From positions 832,001 to 896,000 of the forward strand of contig OY729426.1 in NCBI GenBank assembly GCA_963422365.1: 64,000 nucleotides of DNA. Direction: 5' to 3'. Below are positions 9,760 through 20,300 of this stretch, piece by piece (position 1 is the first letter of the stretch; each line of letters opens with the position of its first letter). A program made the translations under genes and the position numbers. Under the pieces are notes generated by a model. The model was not told where the DNA came from. It saw only the letters and a program-made list of their open reading frames with translations, and ran no database searches. The DNA is from Nitrospirales bacterium. GTDB lineage: Bacteria; Nitrospirota; Nitrospiria; Nitrospirales; UBA8639.

Positions 9760-12429
9760 ATGCCGCACACACGATTACCGGTTTCGTTCCTGATGGCGTG
9801 GAGGGAGATCCGAGGCGGCTGGCGTCAGTTTGTCTTCTTCTTGGCATGTTTGGCCGTCGGCGTCGGCGCAGTGGTGGGCATTGAATTGTTTGCAACGAAT
9901 GTCGAAACCCTCATTCTCCGCGATGCGAGAAGTCTCTTGGGTGGCGATGTCGAAATTCGTGTGGCCCATCAGTTAAGTGAATCCGGGAGAGAGAGGGTAG
10001 GTGCGCTCCAGGAGCGCAACATAGAGGTCACGCACGTGAGGGAACTCGTGGCTATGGCGGCTGTGTGTGTTGCAGAGCCTCAGGAAGAGACCGGCGCGCC
10101 ATCGACACAGGTCGTTGAACTCAAGGCCGTTGAAGCACGTTACCCGTTGTATGGGAACGTGGGACTGATCCCTCATCAGCCGCTCCATTCGTCGCTGACA
10201 CCCATCGAATCGTCCTGTCCCTCACGCCCCTGCTTCGGCGCCGTGGTTCAAGAATCCTTACTGATCAGTCTTGGGATTCAGCTTCACGATCACATCAAGA
10301 TCGGACAAGCCTGTTTTGCCGTGACGGGGCTCCTCATCAAAGAGCCGGATCGCGTGGCCACGGCCTTTCGCTTGGGTCCACGAGTCCTTCTTTCTCGGCA
10401 AGCATTAGGAGCGACGGATCTGGTGAAGCGGGGAAGCCGCATTCGTGAGCGCTACTTGCTTCGCGTTCCGGAATCACTTGCCCTTGGCCCTCTCAGGGGA
10501 GAGCTGCAAGGACGACTTGGCCCGGAGGGAGCCAAGGTCTCATCGTATCGTGACGCCCAACCGCGCATTCGGAGATTTTTAGATCAGCTGACCACCTATT
10601 TGGGACTCATCGGCCTGACCGCACTGTTTGTGGGTGGAATCGGTATTGCCTGCACCATTCACGGATTCGTGAGACACAAACTCACGACCGTGGCGATTCT
10701 GAAAGCATTGGGGGCTGACACCGGACTGCTTATGAGGGTGTATCTGTTACAGAGTGTCTTCATGGGGTGCCTGGGCAGTCTAGGAGGCGTGGCGTTAGGG
10801 ATTGGGCTGCAAAGGCTGTTGCCTGTGCTCTTTGGTGAACTCATTCCACTTGCTCTCAGCAATGAGGTCCCCGTGTTGCCTCTCAGTAAAGGCCTGCTTG
10901 TGGGGGTGTCGACGGCACTCTGTTTTACGATTTGGCCGTTACTCACGATCAGAGAGATCCCGCCGGCGTTGGTCTTTCGGCGCGATGTAGAGCAGCATCA
11001 TACTCCGATCCAAACAGGTTCAGGTTTCAGACTGATGTGGGACGCGTTGATAGAGGTCGTGCGAGATCGCCATCGGCTTGGCACAGCCTTGCTGATGGGG
11101 TTCGGCCTCACCGTCTTGGCCATGTGGCAAGCGCGATCACTCATGTTGGGGGTGCTCTTTATCATTGCTTTTGGATCTGCCGTGGTTCTGCTTCAGGGTG
11201 GTGCGTGGGTGTTGCTCCAGGGTCTACGAAAACTCCCTCGTCCCCGTTCATTTGTGATCAGGCAAGCGCTGGGCAACGTGCAACGCCCCGGCAACTCTAC
11301 TCGGGGCATGGCGGTGGCGATTGGGATTGGCGTGATGGTCATCGTGACGGTCGCGCTGGTGAAATCGTCGTTGCTCGTCGCCATTGGAGAACGCATTCCA
11401 GAAGATGCCCCGACTTTTTTCTTCATTGATATTCAACCGGATCAGAAAGAACAGTTTGAACGGGTCGTGCAACGGGAAGCCCTCAATCCTGTTTATGAGC
11501 TCACCCCTGTCGTCCGGTCGCGGTTGGGAGCGATTGAAGGACGTGTGATTGATCCCGAAGAACACAAAGGTCAACAGAATGGATGGTACTTCACCCGAGC
11601 GTATGTGCTCACGTCGCTCTCAACGCTTCCCGAAGATAATATCGTGGTGAAAGGGCAATGGTGGTCGACTGATGCAGAAGACGTGAAGAAGGGCGATCAG
11701 AACAAGCAGGGATTCCCCATTCACGTGTCGGTTGAGGAAGAAGCTGCTAAAAATCTTGGCGTGGATCTGGGATCCACGCTGACGTTCGATATACAAGGGA
11801 CTTCCTTGCCCGCCGTCGTCGAAAGCACGAGGAAGGTTGATTGGGGAAGTTTCTCCACAAACTTTTTCATGATTCTGTCACCTGGAGCCCTGGATGGCGC
11901 GCCGATGACCTACATTGCTACGGCCAAGGTCGAACCTGAAGATGAAATGCCGCTTCAGCAAGCCCTCGTGCGAGCCCTTCCCAACGTCACAGCGATCAAG
12001 ATCGGGGACGTGCTCGCCAACGTGGAGAGGTTGCTCGAACAGTTGGCCTGGGCCATTCAAGGAATTGCCCTGTTGTGTATGGCGAGCGGAGCGGTCGTCA
12101 TGACCGCGGCGTTAGCTTCGACACGGTATCGTCGTCTGTATGAGTCCGCCATTCTCAAAGCGATCGGCGGGACGAGACAGATTGTCGTGGCATCATTCGC
12201 CGTGGAGTTTGCCCTGATTGGGGGATTGGCGGGTCTGATTGGCGTGGGGGTGGCCAGCGGGCTTTCCTGGGCTATTCTGTATTTTTTCTTGGACCTTGCC
12301 TGGACCGTTCAACCCATGGTGCTTGGCTGTGGGCTGCTGGCCACCGTGGGACTCGCCGTGGTGGTCGGGTTTCTGAGCACCTTTAAGATTCTCGGGGAAT
12401 CGCCGCTGGCGGTATTGCGGCAAGAATAG
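9760..12429 (+). CDS. ybbP: ABC transporter permease (YbbP/FtsX family)
   Basis: LLGGD, PTFFFIDIQPDQ and RKVDWGSFSTNFF motifs; two TM bundles. Confidence 0.9.
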   Translation: MPHTRLPVSFLMAWREIRGGWRQFVFFLACLAVGVGAVVGIELFATNVETLILRDARSLLGGDVEIRVAHQLSESGRERVGALQERNIEVTHVRELVAMAAVCVAEPQEETGAPSTQVVELKAVEARYPLYGNVGLIPHQPLHSSLTPIESSCPSRPCFGAVVQESLLISLGIQLHDHIKIGQACFAVTGLLIKEPDRVATAFRLGPRVLLSRQALGATDLVKRGSRIRERYLLRVPESLALGPLRGELQGRLGPEGAKVSSYRDAQPRIRRFLDQLTTYLGLIGLTALFVGGIGIACTIHGFVRHKLTTVAILKALGADTGLLMRVYLLQSVFMGCLGSLGGVALGIGLQRLLPVLFGELIPLALSNEVPVLPLSKGLLVGVSTALCFTIWPLLTIREIPPALVFRRDVEQHHTPIQTGSGFRLMWDALIEVVRDRHRLGTALLMGFGLTVLAMWQARSLMLGVLFIIAFGSAVVLLQGGAWVLLQGLRKLPRPRSFVIRQALGNVQRPGNSTRGMAVAIGIGVMVIVTVALVKSSLLVAIGERIPEDAPTFFFIDIQPDQKEQFERVVQREALNPVYELTPVVRSRLGAIEGRVIDPEEHKGQQNGWYFTRAYVLTSLSTLPEDNIVVKGQWWSTDAEDVKKGDQNKQGFPIHVSVEEEAAKNLGVDLGSTLTFDIQGTSLPAVVESTRKVDWGSFSTNFFMILSPGALDGAPMTYIATAKVEPEDEMPLQQALVRALPNVTAIKIGDVLANVERLLEQLAWAIQGIALLCMASGAVVMTAALASTRYRRLYESAILKAIGGTRQIVVASFAVEFALIGGLAGLIGVGVASGLSWAILYFFLDLAWTVQPMVLGCGLLATVGLAVVVGFLSTFKILGESPLAVLRQE

Positions 12430-12717
12430 AAAACGGTTAAGTCTCTCTCTATCCCCAGGGGTGTCGGTAGGGTGTGCTGGTGAGGAGAGGGCAAGCAGAA
12501 AGGTGAAGATGACGAAATGATTGCCGCAGTTCCGGTCGTTATTGCTCGCTGGCACGCTTTACGAATGAAACAAGATAGGGTTCTTTGTTATTCACCGATA
12601 CGAATGATGATAGCATTGGCCAACGGGCCTCTGATATTTTGTCTTCTGGTAAGGCTGACTCACAAAGGGAATGGGTGAAGCGTCACATCGTCTTGCATGC
12701 TTTAGGAGGAAGGACAC

Positions 12718-13656
12718 ATGTTGAAAAAATTGACCAACCAGTTTTTGATAATCGTTTGCTCTGCATGGCTTGCCCTTCTACCAGGCTGTGCCGGCACGCA
12801 GCCTCAATATTCGGATGCGGCGATGCAGGAGAGGACGGCAACAGGCGTTGCGGTCAAGCCGAGCGAAATGGGGCGTGCCATGACGCCATCGGTGGAATAT
12901 ATACGCATCAAAATGGAAAGGAGTATTTTCCTGGATCCCCCTGAAGGGAATACGGATCTCTATCTGCGTGTACGAGATACCTCCGGACGAGACTGGGGTA
13001 TCCCGATAGAAGATCTTGTCGCTCAAGAAGTGACTCGCAATGGCTTTCATGTGGTACGTCACGCCCGTGAGGCAGCGTATGCTCTCAATGTGAATGTCTT
13101 GTTTGCGGATGAGGCGTCCGCGGCGGAAATGGCACGACTGGATGAAACCCAATATGGCCAAAGTATCACCGGTATCGTAGGAACGGCATTGGCTGGAGCG
13201 GCACTTGGTGCGGGGGGGGCGGCACTTGCCGGTGGCGATACGACAGGGATTGCCGCTGGTGCCGCCGCCGGGGCTGTCGTGGGAGGAGTCGCGAACGCAT
13301 TGTATAACAGTCAACGCAACGAATTACTGCAAGCCCAGCAAGAAACGAAGTTTTTCTCTCTTGTTGCAGATATTGAGGTCCGTGAACGTACTACGGGTGA
13401 CACGGTCAAACGAACCGGCAAGACCCGTATGACAGCCAATCAGCGTGCAGGCTCCCAGGCTGATCTTGCCGATAACCGGGATGGGGGCGGCGAACGGATC
13501 GAGAGGACAGAAGTAGAAACTTTTTCAGAAGAAAGTACGTGGAAGCGATACCGGACCCGCCTCACTGGCAGCGCGAAGGGCAAGTTAGTCGTCTTTAAGG
13601 ACGTTGAGCATGACTTTGCTGTCAAGATGGCCAAGTCTATAGGGGGATTATTTTAA
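12718..13656 (+). CDS. TraT-like (complement resistance / surface exclusion) lipoprotein
   Basis: LPGC lipobox; KMERSIFLDP, YLRVRDTS and AYALNVNVL motifs plus a glycine zipper typical of TraT. Confidence 0.7.
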   Translation: MLKKLTNQFLIIVCSAWLALLPGCAGTQPQYSDAAMQERTATGVAVKPSEMGRAMTPSVEYIRIKMERSIFLDPPEGNTDLYLRVRDTSGRDWGIPIEDLVAQEVTRNGFHVVRHAREAAYALNVNVLFADEASAAEMARLDETQYGQSITGIVGTALAGAALGAGGAALAGGDTTGIAAGAAAGAVVGGVANALYNSQRNELLQAQQETKFFSLVADIEVRERTTGDTVKRTGKTRMTANQRAGSQADLADNRDGGGERIERTEVETFSEESTWKRYRTRLTGSAKGKLVVFKDVEHDFAVKMAKSIGGLF

Positions 13657-13693
13657 CCAAGTATAACAGGACGAATGCTGATAAAAGAGAAAC

Positions 13694-14101
13694 ATGATTG
13701 CAAGCAATAGACTCATCTATGGACTTTTTCTGGTTGTTTGTGTTGGGTGTGGAGCAGGAACGTCTTATCAACGGGGTTCTTGGATACATTCAAACAGTGA
13801 GTCCGACTGGGATATCGACTCTGCGGTTTGCTTGGGACAATCAGACACCGTAACCGAAGAAGACGAGAGAGCCATAAAAAGCATAAAAGAACGTGCTCGG
13901 GATCTCAAAAGTGCAGCAACGACGATTACTCGATCTGTCGATCAGACTATTTCAAGAGAGGCAGATCTCGCTTTGGTCGTCTTGTCGGGGCTGATAAGCT
14001 TTCGTGGTAATTTTGATGAGCAAACGGCTGACGAGAAGGTTCGGGAAAATAAATTTTCTTCTTGTATGGCTGAAAAAGGCTGGGAACATCCTGATCCCTG
14101 A
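13694..14101 (+). CDS. Hypothetical lipoprotein
   Basis: VGC lipobox; paired Cys with a CMxxKGW C-terminus. Confidence 0.7.
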   Translation: MIASNRLIYGLFLVVCVGCGAGTSYQRGSWIHSNSESDWDIDSAVCLGQSDTVTEEDERAIKSIKERARDLKSAATTITRSVDQTISREADLALVVLSGLISFRGNFDEQTADEKVRENKFSSCMAEKGWEHPDP

Positions 14102-14177
14102 GTCATTGCCCTTTGGACTAAGCATACTGAAAAAAGGTTGCAGAAAAGAGCAGAACGTGTTGTTCGCGCATGTGAAC

Positions 14178-14319
14178 GAGTCCGCCGTTCTCAACCTTTC
14201 AACCCATGGTGCTTGGTTGGGGGCTGCTGGAGACCGTAGGACTTGCCGTGGCAGTAGGGTTTTGAAGTACCTTTGAAATGCTCGGTGAATCGCCGCTGGC
14301 GGTATTGAGGCAGGAATAA
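14178..14319 (+). repeat. Degenerate direct copy of the ybbP 3' end
   Basis: 14198-14319 aligns with 12308-12429; 14178-14194 aligns with 12142-12158. Confidence 0.85.
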
Positions 14320-14466
14320 GGAAATTAAATCTGTAATCAACTGTGATTTAATAAAACGTAAAACTTATGAGTCATTAGATTTGTGATTTGCGTTTAGATG
14401 GATTTGTTCAAACAGGACGATATACAGTGAAGCCCAGCCTTCACTCGTAGGTGTGGCTGTTGACTT

Positions 14467-14922
14467 TTATTTCAGAGAGGGATTTGGTGGTATTGAATGC
14501 GCATCAATTCCAAAGTTCTGGGGTCTCGGAACAGATCCATAAACAGGGGGATGGATGGAAGCTATCTTGCCATCGGGATTGTAGGTAATTTCATAGGTAA
14601 TATCCCTTCCTTCGTTTGCCTCCATTATGGTCCCAGCAATTTCCCATAGTCCTAGAGTCGCTAGGTCCATGACTAAGTGGGCAGCAGCTATTCCTGGTCT
14701 GCTTTTATTCCCTTCTTCTAGCACGTATGTATCAACTATCCTTCCATCCTCCCTGGCTTCTGAAGATTTCGGATCGCCAAAACTCGCAAGGATCGCCTCA
14801 CGCGGAGTTCCTTCTTTCAGGAGAGAGTAGTTATATTCTTCACCGCCGTCCGCAGCCATGAACACGCTGCAGCCCGTGAGCCACAGCAAGATCAGCACTA
14901 GAGATAGCACTCGCATTGTCAC
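14467..14922 (-). CDS. Hypothetical lipoprotein (SmpA/OmlA-like motif)
   Basis: LTGC lipobox; GTPREAILASFGDP. Confidence 0.7.
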   Translation of the reverse strand: MTMRVLSLVLILLWLTGCSVFMAADGGEEYNYSLLKEGTPREAILASFGDPKSSEAREDGRIVDTYVLEEGNKSRPGIAAAHLVMDLATLGLWEIAGTIMEANEGRDITYEITYNPDGKIASIHPPVYGSVPRPQNFGIDAHSIPPNPSLK

Positions 14923-15123
14923 ATCCTTTGGAACTTAGATATTCGTACTCTGTTACTCAAAGCAGGTTCTTTAGAAAGATTATATGTTTTCCTAGAACCG
15001 ATAAATATAAATCCCTCGAATTTAACGTAAGACGGCTCCGACCAAGAGTTTTCATCAGGAGTATCTGTAGTTTGCTACTCTCAAATTGGCGAGTTTTAAA
15101 AGCCGGTCAGCACACACGACATA

Positions 15124-15651
15124 CTACTTCATCAGGGACACAATAATCTTGTTCACCACTTCTCTTATGGCATCTTCCATTTCACTTTCACCGGAAAATG
15201 GATGTGACGCCGACTCACCGGAAGCAGTAAATGTCATAATTGAATTTTCTGACGACTTCTCGAATACCTCAACCCGAACACTGAGCTCATTGGCACCTGC
15301 CAATACACCAAACATAATCCTGGCACCCATGGAAACTTGATCGGCGACATTCACATGTACGCGAATGTAATATTTTGCAGGGTTACCCTCATGCACCACT
15401 TGTTTAAAGACGCCATCGCTCACTAAACGCCCAAATAATTGACCTCGGAGGTTGAGAATTGTTTCCCGCAAATCTTCATCAGGTTGGAGAGCCTTACCTG
15501 GAACAACTTCTAAAACTGCCGTCGCGTTGTGGTCAATGCGTGCTGTATCCTTAAGAGGTTGCAGTATTTTCATGTGTCCACTAGAGGAACATGCGGGCAA
15601 AAAGACTAAGACGAGACCAAAGAACAACAGCATGGTCATTCTTTTTGTCAT
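15124..15651 (-). CDS. Hypothetical lipoprotein (DUF4410-like)
   Basis: LPAC lipobox; ARIMFGVLAGA motif; GAGGAG RBS. Confidence 0.7.
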   Translation of the reverse strand: MTKRMTMLLFFGLVLVFLPACSSSGHMKILQPLKDTARIDHNATAVLEVVPGKALQPDEDLRETILNLRGQLFGRLVSDGVFKQVVHEGNPAKYYIRVHVNVADQVSMGARIMFGVLAGANELSVRVEVFEKSSENSIMTFTASGESASHPFSGESEMEDAIREVVNKIIVSLMK

Positions 15652-15696
15652 GATCTACCTCTCCTCATTTTATATTTAAGGTAAACCCTTTAAAAT

Positions 15697-15781
15697 TGGT
15701 GCCGAAGCCGGGACTCGAACCCGGATGGGTTGCCCCACACGCCCCTCAAACGTGCGTGTCTACCAGTTCCACCACTTCGGC
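15697..15781 (-). tRNA. tRNA-Leu(GAG)
   Basis: Reverse strand GCCGAAG...CTTCGGCACCA, anticodon GAG, long variable arm. Confidence 0.97.
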
Positions 15782-15878
15782 ATGACAGAAATTATAGGTA
15801 GGGGTTCAAACGGTTGTCAATCAACGCACCCTTCGGTACAATTGATGGACTGTACCGGTGATGGTCTAAGTATGGTTC

Positions 15879-16574
15879 ATGTCTGATTCTTCTCACCACA
15901 TGCCTTCCGATGGTGCTGTCCCAAGCAACATAGCTGCATTTTTTGATGTTGATAATACGTTGATTCCCGGGCAATCGGTTGAAATTCGTTTCGTACGGTA
16001 TTTATGGAAGAATGGCTTCTTATCCAAGCGAGTGTTGATCGACAGCGCACTGTATCTACTCTGCAATATTCTCAAGGTTTCCCTGAGTCCCCTACGGGAA
16101 CGAAAGCTTTACCTGACCAATAAACGACCGGAAGGTGTCGAGCCCCTGGCGAAATGGTTTGTGCGATCGGAGATCTGTCCTCGATTGTCCCTGCAAGGAA
16201 CCGCAACCTTGGCTCAGCATCAACAGGCCGGACACCAGGTGGCCTTGGTCAGCGGGACGCCGGAGTTTCTGATCAAACCCCTGGCTCATTATTTGGATGT
16301 CCCGAATGCCCTCGCAGCACACTTGGAAACCAATGAGGATGGCTATACGGGTCTGGTCCTTCCGCCCTATCCTTATGGTGAAGGCAAACGGCGCTTACTC
16401 CAGACTTTCGCGGATCTTCATGGTGTGGATCTTGCTCAAAGCTACGCGTATGGCGATAGTCCCGGCGACATTCAGGCCTTAGAATCCGTTGGGCATCCAC
16501 TCGTGGTGAATCCCATTCGTGGGATGGCGAGGATTGCGCGTCGGCATCGGTGGCCCACGACCGTTTGGGCGTAA
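15879..16574 (+). CDS. HAD-IB family hydrolase
   Basis: AAFFDVDNTL, LVSG, YAYGDSPGD and VVNP motifs. Confidence 0.9.
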   Translation: MSDSSHHMPSDGAVPSNIAAFFDVDNTLIPGQSVEIRFVRYLWKNGFLSKRVLIDSALYLLCNILKVSLSPLRERKLYLTNKRPEGVEPLAKWFVRSEICPRLSLQGTATLAQHQQAGHQVALVSGTPEFLIKPLAHYLDVPNALAAHLETNEDGYTGLVLPPYPYGEGKRRLLQTFADLHGVDLAQSYAYGDSPGDIQALESVGHPLVVNPIRGMARIARRHRWPTTVWA

Positions 16575-16688
16575 CGGCTGAAGCGAGGGCATGGAACATG
16601 TGCTGAGGCAATGACGACGCGAGTTCCCGCATCCCCGGTTATGGCCTTCCGCAGCTTTATACCCCATGATGGAGCAAGACGTCAGCGT

Positions 16689-17411
16689 ATGAAGTCTTCC
16701 TTGGTGAGACCGACCCCTCACCCTGACCCTCTCCTAGAGGGAGAAGAAAGACGATCGAACACTCCGCTGTCTTCCCTGCGAGTCACGGAAATTTTTCATA
16801 GTATTCAAGGGGAATCCACCCATGCGGGGGAACCTTGTGTCTTTGTTCGTTTAACGGGCTGTCCCCTCCGGTGCACCTGGTGCGATACGGCCTATGCGTT
16901 TTATGGCGGCACCGACATGAGTCTTGAGGCCGTGGTGGATCAGGTCAAAGGTTACGGCTGTCCGTTGGTCGAAGTCACGGGTGGGGAGCCGCTTGCCCAA
17001 TCAGCGGCGTTTGAGTTGATTGCGCGTCTATGCGAAGAACGCTTTGAGGTGTTAATCGAAACGAGTGGAGCCATTGACATCTCTCCGGTGGATTCCCGTG
17101 CAACCATCATTTTGGATGTCAAATGTCCCGGCAGTGAAATGGACGAACGGATGTGCTGGGACAATCTCCACGAGATCCGTCAAAAAGATCAGATTAAATT
17201 TATCATCAGCGACCGCCGCGATTACGATTGGGCTGTTGATGTGGTCAAGCGGTATCAACTCATGAAGAAGTGTCCCGTGTTGTTTAGTCCGGTATTCGGA
17301 GCGCAAGCACTGCGACCGTTGGCGGAATGGTTGCTTCAGGACCGATTGTCCGTGCGCTTGCAAGTTCAATTGCATAAGTTTATCTGGGACCCGGACATGC
17401 GAGGGGTCTAG
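16689..17411 (+). CDS. queE: 7-carboxy-7-deazaguanine synthase (radical SAM); start uncertain
   Basis: EIFHSIQGE, CPLRCTWCDT, VTGGEPL, QLHKFIW. Confidence 0.9.
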   Translation: MKSSLVRPTPHPDPLLEGEERRSNTPLSSLRVTEIFHSIQGESTHAGEPCVFVRLTGCPLRCTWCDTAYAFYGGTDMSLEAVVDQVKGYGCPLVEVTGGEPLAQSAAFELIARLCEERFEVLIETSGAIDISPVDSRATIILDVKCPGSEMDERMCWDNLHEIRQKDQIKFIISDRRDYDWAVDVVKRYQLMKKCPVLFSPVFGAQALRPLAEWLLQDRLSVRLQVQLHKFIWDPDMRGV

Positions 17412-17524
17412 GGTCGTGTTCGATGATCCCCTGAGCCCTTCACCGTCGAGGAAGCCATAAGGAAGGGGCACACCAAACTGCTCAAGTCATTGTTATCTTC
17501 ATTCAGGAGAAAGAGGAGATTCGC

Positions 17525-19066
17525 ATGAAGTGTCAAGTCAAGGAGGGTCCTATCGCTCAAGAAGCCACAGATGTTCTCGTTGTCAGTGGCTATGAAGACG
17601 AGAACACGTTGTCCAAGACCCATCAAGCGTTGGATAACGCGTTGGGTGGACAACTCCAAGAGTTGAGAAATAATGGAGAGTTTTCAGGCAAGAATCAACA
17701 GTCAGTGTTGATTCATACGCGAGGGGCCCTTCCTGCCAAGCGAGTGCTTTGGCTGGGGTTGGGAAAGAAGAATAGTGTGACCTTGGATGGCGTTCGACAA
17801 GCCATGGGCACGGCGTTCAAAAAGGTTTGGCAAACCGGGGCGCAAACGTTTTCGGCCCCGGTGTTCGGAACCGATGCCTTAACGGCGTCTGCATCTGACA
17901 TTGCCCAGGTGATGGTGGAAGGAGCCCTTCTGGGACGTTACCGATTCACGCACTATCGGTCTGACAAGGAGGAACCATCAAAAGAAATTCGGACGATGAC
18001 CTTGTTGGCGAATCGTGCGAATGAAGTAAGTCGAATCAAAACGGGAGTCCGGCGAGGAGAAGCCAGTGCCAATGCCACGTCGTTCGCCCGTGATCTCTGT
18101 AACCACCCGGCCAATGTCATGACACCCTCTCGCGTGGTGCAAGAAGCACAAAACATTGCCAAAAAAGCCCTTCGCGTCACGTTGACCGTGCTCGAGCGCA
18201 AGGATCAGCAGAAATTAGGAATGGGAGGCATGCTGGGAGTTTCACGTGGAAGCCAAGAGCCACCGAAATTCATCGTGTTGGAATATTCCGGGGGAAAGAA
18301 GCAAGAACGGCCTGTGGTGCTTGTTGGGAAAACGGTGACGTTCGATTCCGGTGGTATTTCGCTGAAGCCTTCGGAGAATATGGAACAGATGAAGGCGGAC
18401 ATGACGGGTGGGGCTGAAGTGTTAGGGGCGGTACGGGCTGCGGCGCAATTGCGTCTTCCCATCAACGTCGTGGGCATTCTGCCGGCGACGGAAAATATGC
18501 CGGGCGGGCGAGCCACGAAGCCAGGGGATATCCTGCGCATGCTCAATGGCAAAACCGTGGAGGTACAAAATACCGATGCCGAAGGGCGGTTGATTTTGGC
18601 TGATGGGCTGGCCTATGCCGCCCAACTTAACCCCCAATGTATCGTCGATATTGCCACGTTAACGGGTGCGTGTATTGTGGCTCTGGGTCAGTTTGCGATC
18701 GGGATGCTCGGGAACGATGATGCGCTCAAGGCCGACTTAAGCAAAGCGGGGGAGCAAGCCGGTGAACGCGTGTGGGAGATGCCGCTCTGGGAAGAATATT
18801 TTGAACAACTCAAAAGTGACGTGGCTGACATGCGCAATATCGGTGGCCGTGGGGGTGGTATGATTACGGCTGGCATGTTTTTGAGTAAGTTTGTCGGCGA
18901 TTGCCCCTGGGTGCATCTCGACATTGCCAGCACCGATTGGAGCACGTCAGAGCGTCCGTATATCAGTAAAGGGCCGACGGCCATTGGGACGCGATTGTTG
19001 GTGCAATGGTTAATCAATCGCTCGGGTAAGCGGGCATTGCTCAACAGTCCCAACCAAGGAAAGTGA
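17525..19066 (+). CDS. pepA: Leucyl aminopeptidase (M17)
   Basis: GKTVTFDSGG, MKADMTG, NTDAEGRL, WVHLDIA. Confidence 0.95.
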   Translation: MKCQVKEGPIAQEATDVLVVSGYEDENTLSKTHQALDNALGGQLQELRNNGEFSGKNQQSVLIHTRGALPAKRVLWLGLGKKNSVTLDGVRQAMGTAFKKVWQTGAQTFSAPVFGTDALTASASDIAQVMVEGALLGRYRFTHYRSDKEEPSKEIRTMTLLANRANEVSRIKTGVRRGEASANATSFARDLCNHPANVMTPSRVVQEAQNIAKKALRVTLTVLERKDQQKLGMGGMLGVSRGSQEPPKFIVLEYSGGKKQERPVVLVGKTVTFDSGGISLKPSENMEQMKADMTGGAEVLGAVRAAAQLRLPINVVGILPATENMPGGRATKPGDILRMLNGKTVEVQNTDAEGRLILADGLAYAAQLNPQCIVDIATLTGACIVALGQFAIGMLGNDDALKADLSKAGEQAGERVWEMPLWEEYFEQLKSDVADMRNIGGRGGGMITAGMFLSKFVGDCPWVHLDIASTDWSTSERPYISKGPTAIGTRLLVQWLINRSGKRALLNSPNQGK

Positions 19067-19073
19067 GTCCTCC

Positions 19074-20159
19074 ATGACGGTTCGCGATACCGTCGGGCAG
19101 CTCTTGATGGTTGGGTTCCACGGGACGGAACTCTCTCACGCCTTGCTCGATTGGCTTCAGGAGTATCGACTAGGTGGAGTCATTCTCTTTTCGCGCAACA
19201 TCGTGGCCCCCGAACAAGTGGCGCGACTGACCAATGCCCTGCAAGCCCATGCGCCGAACCCTCCTCTGTTGATTGCGATCGATGAAGAGGGTGGTCGCGT
19301 TTCTCGCCTCCCTCAGGGCTTTACGATGTTTCCTGCCGCTTCAAGGATTGCGGCCTGCCAATCTCCTGATGTGGCATATGCCGTTGCGGAGGTGACGGCC
19401 AAAGAACTGCTGGCGGTCGGGATCAACATGAACCTGGCTCCGGTCTTGGATGTGAACAGCAATCCCGCCAATCCCATTATCGGCGATCGTGCGTATGGGA
19501 CGAAACCTGAACAGGTCTGCACCTATGGCTTGGCCATGATGCAGGGGCTTGAGGGCAATGGAATCATTCCTTGCGGCAAGCATTTTCCTGGGCATGGCGA
19601 CACCATGACGGATTCACACGACGTTCTGCCCGTGGTGGATGCTGACCGAGTCCGACTCGACAACATTGAACTGGAACCCTTTCGACAGACGATCCGGCAG
19701 GGGCTGCCTGCGATCATGACCGCGCATGTGTGCTACCCAGTACTTGATACAGAAGCTCCGGCGACTCTATCCCGACCCATCCTCACCGATCTGTTGCGGA
19801 ATGAGTTAGGTTTTCAAGGTGTCACGCTCACCGATGATATGGAAATGCGAGCCATTCTCGACCATCAGACGATCGGGGACGCATCGGTTCGAGCGTTGCA
19901 GGCCGGTGCCGACATGGTGCTTCTTTGTCATCAGCAAGAACGGCAACGAGAGGCCGTGGGAGCCATTGAACACGCGCTTGAACAAGGTGAGCTTTCTTGG
20001 GAAAGGCTCACGGCCAGCGTTGCTCGCATACAGGCCTTGAAACAGAAACATCTTGCTCCGTTCCAACCCGTCGATCCGTCACGGGTCACGCAAACCGTTG
20101 GTCATTCCCGGCACAAAGCCTTGTTAGCGAAGATTCAAAGCGTCGCGGCACGCCTGTAG
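19074..20159 (+). CDS. nagZ: Beta-N-acetylhexosaminidase (GH3)
   Basis: DEEGGRV, KHFPGHG..DSH, TDDMEM. Confidence 0.93.
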   Translation: MTVRDTVGQLLMVGFHGTELSHALLDWLQEYRLGGVILFSRNIVAPEQVARLTNALQAHAPNPPLLIAIDEEGGRVSRLPQGFTMFPAASRIAACQSPDVAYAVAEVTAKELLAVGINMNLAPVLDVNSNPANPIIGDRAYGTKPEQVCTYGLAMMQGLEGNGIIPCGKHFPGHGDTMTDSHDVLPVVDADRVRLDNIELEPFRQTIRQGLPAIMTAHVCYPVLDTEAPATLSRPILTDLLRNELGFQGVTLTDDMEMRAILDHQTIGDASVRALQAGADMVLLCHQQERQREAVGAIEHALEQGELSWERLTASVARIQALKQKHLAPFQPVDPSRVTQTVGHSRHKALLAKIQSVAARL

Positions 20160-20300
20160 TGTCCTCTTTTCTCAAGACCTGCGTGTTTCTCAGGCCCGAT
20201 CTTCCCAAGGCTGGACTTTTCCGCCTCAAATTTGGTTAGCTAGCTTCACGGCGTTGGATCGTCCTGACGGACAGACGATATTATTTTTTCGGAGGAGAGC

